From the IMG/VR virus record IMGVR_UViG_2061766007_000688: a stretch of DNA of 64,000 bases. The stretch is one strand, 5' to 3'. Positions 41,600 to 52,092 of the stretch are shown here, piece by piece (the first letter of the stretch is position 1; each line of letters opens with the position of its first letter). The notes below the pieces were generated by a model. The model saw only the letters and a list, made by a program, of their open reading frames with translations. It did not search any database and was not told the origin of the DNA. Both the position numbers and the translations under genes were made by a program. The DNA is from an uncultured virus (IMG/VR IMGVR_UViG_2061766007_000688). Its lineage: Duplodnaviria > Heunggongvirae > Uroviricota > Caudoviricetes.

Positions 41600-42487
41600 N
41601 NNNNNNNNNNNNNCTTGCACAGCCACATCCATTGTTATTGCAAGTGAATATAGGAGTGCGGCCATAAACAGGAGTAGTCGGAACAGGGCATGAATTGAGT
41701 CTGTTGTACAGTGCATCAACTTCATTAGAGAAGCCCTGCTGAATAAAGGCATTCTGTGCTACCTGTGAAGCTGCCAGGTCTTTCATAGCTATCTGCTGAC
41801 GGAGAGCTGATATTTCATCATTCTTCGCATCAATCTTATCCTGGCAAAGCTGATCCTTAACACTCTGAATACCTGCATTAAGGGCAGTAAGAATATCACG
41901 GGTGTTGTTAGCATCAGCAAATCTTGTGGCATTGCCTTCGTTCTGAATGATGTTCTGTGTCTGGCATGTAGCAAGACGATTTTCGCAACAGCAGTTAGCC
42001 TGCTGTGAAGCTAAATCAGTAATTGCACCAGTAATAGCAGTCTGGCTATTGAAAGCCTGTTGCATATTGGCAATCTGTCGAGCATTAGCAGAAACCTCTG
42101 CATTAGCAAATCCGTTGCTAACTGTTGCATTAACTCCTGCAAAACCGTTACACAAAGACTGCTGAACATCAGCAAAGCCTCCACAAAGCTGTGTCTGAAT
42201 ATCACCGAGGTCAGACTGTACAGCAGTTATCTGATTCTGTGTTGACAGATTCTGGAAACCGTTTGTTGTGACTTCTGCCTGGTTCATCCACGGATAAAGC
42301 ATTGCTCCATCAGCGGCAAAGCCACCCATATTTCCGAAACCACCAAAGCCTCCCCAACCGTTACCCATCAGAGCAAACAGAAAGAGTATTACNNNNNNNN
42401 NNNNNNNNNNNNNNNNNNNNNNNNNNNNNNNNNNNNNNNNNNNNNNNNNNNNNNNNNNNNAACCATGTTACCTACACCATTGTCCAT
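41600..42487 (-). CDS. Gly/Gln/Asn-rich coiled-coil protein with CCC and GCGC motifs
   Basis: ATG 42487 after GAAAGGAG; LFLFALMGNGWGGFGG...QQANCCCENR...NGCGC. Confidence 0.7.
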
Positions 42488-42539
42488 TGTAGTGTTCTCC
42501 TTTCAAATTTTTTTATATACACTCTTGCAAGAATTGTAT

Positions 42540-43153
42540 TTAGAGTTTTATACCAAAGCTCTGTGCCATCTGATATATCTTATTGAAATCAGCCTGTGAC
42601 ATTTTGCCGTTATTCATAAGATACTGAACAGCCCCACGAGGATTATTCTGAAATTCAGGTGGTAAAGAGATTTTACTTTGAGTTAGAAATCCCATGGGAT
42701 TCTGCATGAAGCCTTGAAACTGTTGAAAAAGATTCATCACTTATTACCTCCATCTGTATTCTGTAAACGATTCAATTCCTCTTTCAGAGAATGAACTTCT
42801 CTCTGTAGCTCTTTTACTTCTTCTCTGTCAGCAAAATATGATGTGTCCATACATCTGTCATAGGAATTTCTCTGAGGCTCATTGATAACCTCGTGGTATG
42901 CGTATTTCTTCATATTAAGTCTGCCCATAGTATCAGCAGTTTTCATGTAGAAATACTGTCCATCTGAATCCATAAGCAATACAGAATTGCCAGGTGCTAC
43001 AGGGTAAGCAGTAGCCCCTACATCACCCTGTGTCCATGCTACTGTAAGTGTTGTGGGTATTTGCTGTGACTGTTGTGAGTACTGAGGATACATCTGAGGC
43101 TGTGTCATTTGTGGTGAATACATCTGAGGGTAGTTAAAATTATTCATGGTCAA
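42540..43153 (-). CDS. Two Gln/Met/Asn-rich small proteins (42540-42740, 42737-43153)
   Basis: NPRGAVQYLMNNGKMSQ; WTQGDVGATAYPVAPGNSVLLMDSD..FYMK. Confidence 0.7.
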
Positions 43154-43530
43154 ATCTCCTTTGTATAATAGTATAGTGGTATATTATTTCCTGAATCCCA
43201 CGCATCATAGTAATCACCATCTATTACTGCGACAGCGTGAGTGCCAGTTCCTAATACATAAGTGCCATGAGGATGCTCATCTGCAAATTGCTTTACTGTA
43301 TAACAATCGGGGCAAAAATTTGGGATAATCTCTCTTGAAAATCCTTCTGAAATCAGTTGGGCATCCCAGACTGCATTTGAACTTGGCATGTCGTGCATGA
43401 CATAAGCTCGAAGTGTCAATTTTATAAAGGCAGTGTCCCAATCAATATTAGTTGCGGCAGAATAAGCTCTGATAACACAATCACCAACATCTTTATGCAA
43501 TTTGTTTGGGTTGAAGTATTTGTAACTCAT
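43150..43530 (-). CDS. Putative papain-fold cysteine peptidase-like protein
   Basis: NPN...GDCVIRA...THAVAV...YDAWDSG (Cys/His/Asp). Confidence 0.55.
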   Translation of the reverse strand: MSYKYFNPNKLHKDVGDCVIRAYSAATNIDWDTAFIKLTLRAYVMHDMPSSNAVWDAQLISEGFSREIIPNFCPDCYTVKQFADEHPHGTYVLGTGTHAVAVIDGDYYDAWDSGNNIPLYYYTKEI

Positions 43531-43547
43531 ACTCTGGATTTTAGACC

Positions 43548-43581
43548 ATAAAAAAGACGCCCACAATAAAGTGGACGTCTT
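43548..43581 (-). terminator. Terminator between fibre operon and accessory cassette
   Basis: AAGACGTCCAC/GTGGGCGTCTT plus T-run. Confidence 0.65.
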
Positions 43582-43596
43582 ATTTCCGTATGATTT

Positions 43597-43791
43597 TTAG
43601 TTCAGTGACACTGAGATGTGGGAAGCACTGATGATAGACCACTGAGCAACTGTTCTTGCTTCAATAGTATCATCAAGACTTGCATAACCACTTGCTTTAA
43701 GCTGTGTTATCTCATTACCAGTGGTAACATCTTTAATTGTTACCTGAATTGTATCAGTCGTGAGGACTGATAAGAACTGTGTAAGTGTCAT
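43597..43791 (-). CDS. Small hypothetical protein
   Basis: 64 aa, GAAAGGAG RBS. Confidence 0.6.
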   Translation of the reverse strand: MTLTQFLSVLTTDTIQVTIKDVTTGNEITQLKASGYASLDDTIEARTVAQWSIISASHISVSLN

Positions 43792-43831
43792 ATTGTTCTC
43801 CTTTCTTTTACTCCAAAGTTATTGACTGCCA

Positions 43832-46814
43832 TCAATGTGAATCAAAGTATTGTCTTACTTTCTGTGCAAGTGCTTCAAAGGTGTCAGCAGTAAATTGCAC
43901 ATCACCAGCATCCATACCACCTTGTATGGCAACAGCACCACTAATTTTGTAGGTAGTTGAATGTTCGTAGTTTGTACTTGAATTTGTGCGTACATTGTAC
44001 CAAGTGCCAGCACCTTGTTTCATATCTATATCATGTAATATAGCATTTTGAGGAGGGGTTAAGTCATCATAAAAGGTACCAATATACCAACTTGTACCAG
44101 AACCATACGCACCAGTTACTGAACTCTTTGGTGCATTCTTAAATGTAACTCGAACAACGGTGCTTGCACTAAATCCTGCGGTATATTGAGCATACTTGTT
44201 AGGTACATTTGGATAACAGAAGAAGCATGACATACCCATTATATTTGCCATATTTATTGTCAGACTGCTTGACGACATATCTCTTGTGACCATATCATCA
44301 TTACCAACTTTGTATTTCAACACACCATCAAACTGATTGATTGTGACTGTTGAACCATTTGCAATAGTCATAAAATCACCAGTCATTGTTGAAGTATGCG
44401 GCACATGTTCATTAGTCTGTTTTACAATACAAGCCTCAGTAGGTCCACCCGTATACCATAAGAACGCCATTTCACAGCCAGGATATTTAACATCTTTTCT
44501 TGCGATAATAAGTCTGTCGTATGCTACATCCCGTGCGGGGAATGTCTGCGATACCAAATAATTCTGTACATAGCTTGAATATGCTGGCAAGATACCTACA
44601 TCACCACATCTTACATCTTCCGCAAGTTGAGTAGTTACTGCATAATTGGGCTTGCTGTTAAAGTATGTTCTTGCGGCTGAAAGTGCATACGACCAAATAT
44701 TTGCAGTGCCCTCCCAAACTTTCACGAATGGAGGATTTTGTACTATCGGACCAACAGCATTACCAACATCACAGTATGTAATATTGTTTGTTGAATCATA
44801 CATAAGCGTAGCCGTGTTCGTGAATGGGGCATAGTCCCTTATGCTCTGATATGTTACAGTAATCAGCGTTCTGACATCACCGTCAAATAAAAGTCCTGTA
44901 GTTCCAACACCTGCACCATCAACTGATAACTGATAGCCATAGCATACTCTTAACCCCTCGCCATTAATAACTGTCACATTTTCTCTGTAAATATGATACT
45001 GGTTACCGTCTGGAGTGCCTATGACTGAGAACGGTGCACGATAAGTGGTAGAACACAACTGTTTCAGCATCTTGCCTTTGAACTCTGAATATGGCTTGTA
45101 GNNNNNNNNNNNNNNNNNNNNNNNNNNNNNNNNNNNNNNNNNNNNNNNNNGCCCACATGACTTCAAAATCGGGTAACTGTGCTGAAGGTGTCAAGTTAAC
45201 ACTTTCATTGCCAGTCGCTGTGATATCTGTGCTCTGACCAGTAGTCGCTGACTGAACTCTATAGCTTCTACCCAATTTTGTTGTAGGTACAGTGAATGTA
45301 ACAACGCCCTCACCATCCGCAATCTGGTCATCAAGAAGTGTACCATCTTTGTCAAATATCATAACATCATCACCTGCGGTTGTATTTACTGTAAGAGTTG
45401 AATCTTTTTCAAGAAATACCATTGCAAAGCCTTGGAAAAATGTCTGTGACCAACTATCGTGACCGTCTAATTTTTGCACATATCCATAAGCATTTTGTAT
45501 AATCAAGTCACCATCAAAGTTAGTATATTTTTCAGTCGCATAACCATTTTTGCGTAGATAAGTACCTGTATCTCTTTCAGCTTGTTTTGTTATACTGTTA
45601 TAAAAATAACCATAATTATCTCTATTATAAAGATGACTCCAACCTATTTCGTCTGGTAACTCTGTTTCATCTTGGAAAGCAAGCAATGTATATACACCTG
45701 TTACAGAATATCCACTATAATTAAAAGTGTCTCCAGCAATAAGATTTTGTCTTGTAATCTTTACTAAATAGTCAGTTGGGTCTTGTTTTATAGCTACTAA
45801 AGTACAATCTTTTTTAGCTGTGAGAGTGCATGAATAAGGCACATCAAAAAAATCTGAAGTGATATCCAAATAATCTCCAATAGCTTTGTAGGTTCGTAAT
45901 GTATCGGGAACCATAGTTCCTATCTTTAAAATATCATACATGTCAAAAACTACTTGACCGCTATTTCTATTATCACAAATAACTGATTCAAAGGGATAAT
46001 TTGTGAATGACTTATACTTAATTGCGAACGACACGCCTATTGACCAACTTGGAGATACTTCCGCAACAACTGGACTTGAAGCATCAAAATCAACTATTTC
46101 AACATTGCTTGCACCTCTGATAAGTCTAACTTTACCATTGAACAAAACACGGCTTCGCAAAATCTCGTTTGGTGATTCATACGTATATACGAAATAATCT
46201 CCTACAACAGATGGTGTTGCCCACGAACGCACTCTTTTATTTTTTCTTACAATGAATGCTTGCAAAGATGTTGACCCCACATTATACCACGAAAGACCGA
46301 CCTCATCAAACGGTAATGTATCTGTCTGGCTTTTTTGGGCTATGATAAATCTTTCATATGTTCCACCACCAGTTATAATCGTATCCGCATTATAAAGATA
46401 ACTACCAATGTAGGTATCATCTGCTACATTTGCACCTATACCGCCACCAATGTACTCTTGCAAAGCTGTTGTTATGTCCCTGCCAGATGAGGGCACTTTG
46501 AAAAATGTACTTGTAAAGGGTTTTGAGTCACTCTGACTGAAAAATAGCACATTGAAATTGCTATCAACAATAATCATCTGACCGTCAGAGCTGTATATCC
46601 AGTCAAAGAATATTTCCCACGAAACACCACTGTTGCCTAATCTGTACACCTTATCATCAATTCTGACTTTCAGTGTTGTGCCGTCGCTACCATCATCCTC
46701 AACTAATGGTATATATGTGCCATCATAGAGTGTCATTCTCGGAAATTCAGCACTATCAACAGCAGGAAATTCCGCATTCTCGCTCTGCCCTTTAATAACC
46801 AATTTGTAAGACAT
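43832..46814 (-). CDS. ~990-aa beta-rich putative adhesin/receptor-binding protein (frame broken at N-run)
   Basis: ORFs 45003-46814 and 43832-45166 join at the gap 45102-45150; T/Y/G-rich. Confidence 0.55.
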
Positions 46815-46820
46815 AGGCTA

Positions 46821-47471
<651 letters not shown>

Positions 47472-47538
47472 TGTCTTATCTCCTTTCGTTGAAAATATTT
47501 GTAGTGATTGTCATGGTGTGCCTCCTTTACGATATTCA

Positions 47539-48615
47539 TTAATATTTTACACCTAACACTATGCATTCTACAGTTGCAGATGCATCTGTAACAAGAGTGT
47601 TAGTTCCTTTAAGATACACAGTGACAAACCACCCATATGATGATGAATGCCATGTATACAAATCATATGTGGACCCATACACACCTCCAAAAGGCACTGC
47701 TACAACAAACGGAAAAACGCTTGTTGGCATATCGAGCCCCACATATCCGTTAGCATCGGGATGACCTGTGACCGACTTAATCACTATCCTCTCCGTCAAC
47801 TCCCTATTAGTCATAGCATACGGAACATATGTCGGGTCTGTGATTCGGGCGTCCTGAATCATTGCTCTATTTGTTGCAAAAAATGCTGATGGAGTAGTTA
47901 TCGCACTGTTAAATCCAAATGAAGCCTTTATGTATCGAGTGTTACTGTCAAGAGTTATTGTCCGTGAATAATGCGCATCTGATGATAAGTTTATATTCAT
48001 AGTGTCCTTGATAAATGTTTTGTTTGCATCATATTCACAAAACCTAACACAATAATTATCTTCCGAACCATCTTTCCATCCTTGAATTATAATGGTACCA
48101 CTAATTTCAACATAATCAGATGTTATCCAGTAGCCATCTGAAAGGACACCGCCTGTGTCATGGTCTAATAAACCGTTAACAAAAGTATTAGGATTAAATA
48201 AATTCTTCGCCCCATACTCATTCACTATTGCTTCAATGGCGCCAGTGTTATCAGCAACCTGTGCTCCAGACGGTACTGAATATACACTCTGACCCACCTG
48301 TAACTTTGTTAATTCCGCTGTTGCCTGCGCTTCGGGATTTGCTACGACAATCACTTCCTGCGCTGTATCATCAGTAAAGCATACATGGGTGTACTGTGCT
48401 TTCTGGTCTGCGGTTAACTGTGCCCATTCAGTTGTGGTGCCTGTAAAAAGATTCTGTATTCCTAACTGTTTTGATGATTTATTACCCACCAATTCGTTGC
48501 CGTTTATTGATGGATGATTTCTTAATGCTTCATAATCAAGTGTTCCACCACCACCTTCTATTTCGTGGTCTACATATGCTTTGGCAGCGGCATAGGTTTC
48601 AGCATCTATTCCCAT
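47539..48615 (-). CDS. Tail fibre / carbohydrate-binding structural protein
   Basis: DYEALRNHPSINGNELVGNK, GAKNLF...YVPYAMTNRELT modules typical of fibres. Confidence 0.6.
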   Translation of the reverse strand: MGIDAETYAAAKAYVDHEIEGGGGTLDYEALRNHPSINGNELVGNKSSKQLGIQNLFTGTTTEWAQLTADQKAQYTHVCFTDDTAQEVIVVANPEAQATAELTKLQVGQSVYSVPSGAQVADNTGAIEAIVNEYGAKNLFNPNTFVNGLLDHDTGGVLSDGYWITSDYVEISGTIIIQGWKDGSEDNYCVRFCEYDANKTFIKDTMNINLSSDAHYSRTITLDSNTRYIKASFGFNSAITTPSAFFATNRAMIQDARITDPTYVPYAMTNRELTERIVIKSVTGHPDANGYVGLDMPTSVFPFVVAVPFGGVYGSTYDLYTWHSSSYGWFVTVYLKGTNTLVTDASATVECIVLGVKY

Positions 48616-48628
48616 TTCTTATCCCTCC

Positions 48629-48835
48629 TTATACCCAATTCCATGTACCATCAGACTTCATAAAAGCAAGCTCTCCTGAGGCAGTAAGAAGTGAACTGCC
48701 GAAAGATGGAGCATATCCTTCGGGCATACCCTCTATTGTACCTGTCGCTACTTCTGCTTTTGTGTCAGCAAAGATAGAAACATTAGCTACTTTAAGGTTA
48801 TCATCAATACCTTTAATTTCTTTTACAAGAATCAT
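48629..48835 (-). CDS. Small fibre-associated protein
   Basis: 68 aa, ends MKSDGTWNWV. Confidence 0.55.
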   Translation of the reverse strand: MILVKEIKGIDDNLKVANVSIFADTKAEVATGTIEGMPEGYAPSFGSSLLTASGELAFMKSDGTWNWV

Positions 48836-49053
48836 TTCTGTTCTCCTTTCTCCAGCTTTTCAAACAGCCGTGATTGTGCTTTATAAACAATACTCTTTAC
48901 ATGAGGTACTGATAAGTCAAATTCTTCTGCTAAAGGCTCATAGCATATACAATCTATAAGTCTCCGCTTTAGAATCTGCCTATCTCTTTCACCTCTTATC
49001 CAAGTATCTATCGCCTCGGATATTTCTTTGTTAGAGTAATTGTCAAGTATCAT
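48832..49053 (-). CDS. Sigma region-4-like HTH protein
   Basis: ERDRQILKRRLID...YEPLAEEFDLSVPHVKSIVYK. Confidence 0.7.
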   Translation of the reverse strand: MILDNYSNKEISEAIDTWIRGERDRQILKRRLIDCICYEPLAEEFDLSVPHVKSIVYKAQSRLFEKLEKGEQK

Positions 49054-49074
49054 TTTCTTCTCTTCCTTGATGAA

Positions 49075-49359
49075 CTACTGCGAGAGCGTGTCGCTCTTCT
49101 CTTGTATGTCCTCTTTTGTGTAGCTTTCGCCATAAGTATCTCCCATCTGCTGATAGATGTTTTCACTATCTTCTGCTTCTATTGATTGCTCTTGTGATAT
49201 TTCTTCTACAGGAAGAGTTATATACCACATAAAAAGTCCTATTGTTGAAAACCAAAGAACGAGGAGAATAATGTTGAGTATGAATAATCTTTTTATTGTT
49301 CTTTCTTCTCTGGCCAATGAACTTTCAAAGGCTATATAAGATATAAACTTCTCGTCCAT
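49075..49359 (-). CDS. Single-TM membrane protein
   Basis: LFILNIILLVLWFSTIGLFMWYI. Confidence 0.65.
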   Translation of the reverse strand: MDEKFISYIAFESSLAREERTIKRLFILNIILLVLWFSTIGLFMWYITLPVEEISQEQSIEAEDSENIYQQMGDTYGESYTKEDIQEKSDTLSQ

Positions 49360-49380
49360 TATAACCCTCCTTATATTGAA

Positions 49381-49409
49381 ATAATATCATGTGTGATATG
49401 ATATGTCAA
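49381..49409 (-). promoter_or_regulatory. Strong sigmaA promoter with internal palindrome
   Basis: TTGACA-17-TATTAT with TG; ATATCA-N4-TGATAT at 49384-49399. Confidence 0.65.
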
Positions 49410-49416
49410 TTATTTG

Positions 49417-51653
49417 TTATTCACCGACATAGCTGAGATAATACGCTGTAGTTCCGCTCGGAACAGATGTTCCTCTACTCCACTGTAATCCATCTCCTGA
49501 ATAATACAGGTCTGTTCCATTACTTGCAATCGCAACAAACTTATTATTTCCGTACACCATACTACGAAATGTGAAGTCTTGAGGAGTATAGTCAAACCAG
49601 GTGCTTCCACTATCGGTTGAACGATACAACTTACCTCCACATCCACACAGAAATACTCCATCTTCATTGTGTACTAAAGCACCAACAGTACCAGTTTCAC
49701 TCGCTACAGAAAATTCATTCCAAGTATCGCCACCTATTGACTTGTATATCTTTCCACCATCTCCCCAAGCAATAAAGAAACCATCACACCACTCAACACC
49801 TCTAACCTTTCGAGAAACCGTAACTTCTGTCCAATCATCCCAACTCAAAGGACTTGTTGTGTATGCTATATAGCCATAGTTTGAGCCACCAATAACTTCT
49901 CCTACCATGACCCATGTACCTGTGCCATTATAAGCGATAGCTCTTGGAGTAAATGAAATATTTGCTGAAATGCGTGACCATGTAGTACCGTTCGTTGCAA
50001 GATATATTACAGTATCATAACGACTGTATTTTGTGCAAACTACAAGTTTATTGTCTAAGAATTTAACATCCTGTATTGAGTTTGCTACAACATCTTGAAC
50101 CTGTGACCATGTCTGACCTTTATCAGGCGATACATACAGGTAAGTGCCAGACCCCTGATTGGCATATACATGTCCAAAAGCATAAATTGCAACATCACAG
50201 GCAGTAGGAGCTTCTGATGTTTCTGACAAAGCACCGTTGGGATTTCTGGTGTATAGCATTTTTCTACTACCTATGCCAATATAATAGTATGCGAAGATTG
50301 CAGGCTCAAGAGTTACTGTACAATCTTGAGTAACAAACTGCTCCAATGTTGCTGCGAAGCCTTCAGACTCAAATACAAGAAGTTGACCACCAACAGGTAT
50401 TGTTACAGGAATAACTGCTGAAGATTCTCCTAATGCAAATGTGACTTGCATAAGCACTGTACCATCTTCATCTGATACAGTTATGGTATCATCTACTGCT
50501 GCCTCAACTGTGATGTTTACTGTTGTGGTAACTATCTCCTCAGAAGCATTTACTTTTGAAGCAAGTCCTGAGCCTGTAGAAACAGTGTATTCTGACTCTC
50601 CATCACACCCAAATGTTTGGTTTATTAAAAGTGGACCAGAGAAATTGTTCTTAAACACATAAGTATAATATGTAACAGATTGACCGTTAACATGTGCAAG
50701 TATCGTTACCCTGTCTCCGAGTTTTATGTCATAATCACTTTGTATCATCTTTACAGAGCAAGGTCTGTAAGTTATATGGTCGATAGCGTTATACAACTCT
50801 ATTGCCCTATTCTTCATGCTCTTCTCTTTTTTGCCTTCAAAGAAAACATTGTAAGGAAAAGCAAAGATGTTATCAGCATCATCGTCATCATCTTCATCAG
50901 AGGATATAACCATTTCAGTATTCTCTACTGAAACACCGTCTATAACAGGCGTATCAAAATATTCAAACTCACAGTTCTCCAGCTCAACCATTTCAGAGTT
51001 GACAGTATGTGCTGATATGTCATCAAGCTCAATAAACTTCACCTCACCTGTCTCATCAATATGAGGAATGCAGGCATTGATAGCACACATCTGAGTAAGC
51101 AACTCACCAAATGTAATCTGCTTGAACTCTGCTGGCTCATATACTATCCTGCTATCATTCATCAATGTCACATCTTCATATCTGAAACCATATTTGTCAA
51201 GCAGTGCTTCTCTTATACCTTTTACAGTATAGTCATTGTCACCAGCTTTCCAATACTTCTTCCACCATTTTCTGACTGACTTATCTNNNNNNNNNNNNNN
51301 NNNNNNNNNNNNNNNNNNNNNNNNNNNNNAATAAGATGTGTTGTGTATCCTAAAGCATCCATCTTCATGCTGTCAACTTTGCCGAAGAATAAACCCTTTG
51401 GGTGTGATGTGTCGTTATCAATAATCTGATACACCCATATAGTTGTCTTTCGAGCAACAGAGAAATTATTTCTAAGGTCACACTCAAACTTATCAGCACA
51501 GGGTACACCAAATTCTAACCCACCCTCGATTAGAGTTTTATCTAATGAGAGTGAGTTTTCAATAATCTCATCACCTTTATCAAAGTATGAATTTGGATAA
51601 TCTGTATAGAAACGAATAAATGTTTGTCTATTACTTGAAGTTGCCATAATCAA
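49417..51653 (-). CDS. Baseplate hub/Tal-like protein with C-terminal beta-propeller (frame broken at N-run)
   Basis: Follows distal tail; Asp-box repeats SPDKGQTW, ATNGTTW, STDSGSTW, SGDGLQW. Confidence 0.7.
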
Positions 51654-52081
51654 TACTCCACTAATCCAATTTCAAACGCATTGTAAATGATATCATCCTC
51701 TGTTATTTTCTTTATAGGAAACTTAACATCAGGTCTATAGAAGTATGCTGTCTTGTAAACATTCTCCTCATCATTCCAATACTGTAACTGGACTTTCCTT
51801 TCTCTGTGTGCTGTCGTGCTATCTGTTTCTTCTTCCTCTGCATCTGTAAAGAACTTCTGTATTGCTATCTTGTCCTCAAGATGAAGATTAGCTCTTGTTT
51901 TGAATGTGAACGATGACTTATGTCCTACAGCCGTAATTCTATGTAAATTACGGCTGNNNNNNNNNNNNNNNNNNNNNNNNNNNNNNNNNNNNNNNNNAGA
52001 ATCATAAGCTATGTACTCATTAGGAAAATACTGATTTGTTTTAACTGCTTTGAGAAAATATCCTCTCCAACTGTTTGCCAT
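51650..52081 (-). CDS. Distal tail protein-like
   Basis: Position after tape measure; YWNDE..YKTAYFYRPD. Confidence 0.6.
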   Translation of the reverse strand: MANSWRGYFLKAVKTNQYFPNEYIAYDSXXXXXXXXXXXXXXSRNLHRITAVGHKSSFTFKTRANLHLEDKIAIQKFFTDAEEEETDSTTAHRERKVQLQYWNDEENVYKTAYFYRPDVKFPIKKITEDDIIYNAFEIGLVEY

Positions 52082-52092
52082 ACTGCCTCCTA

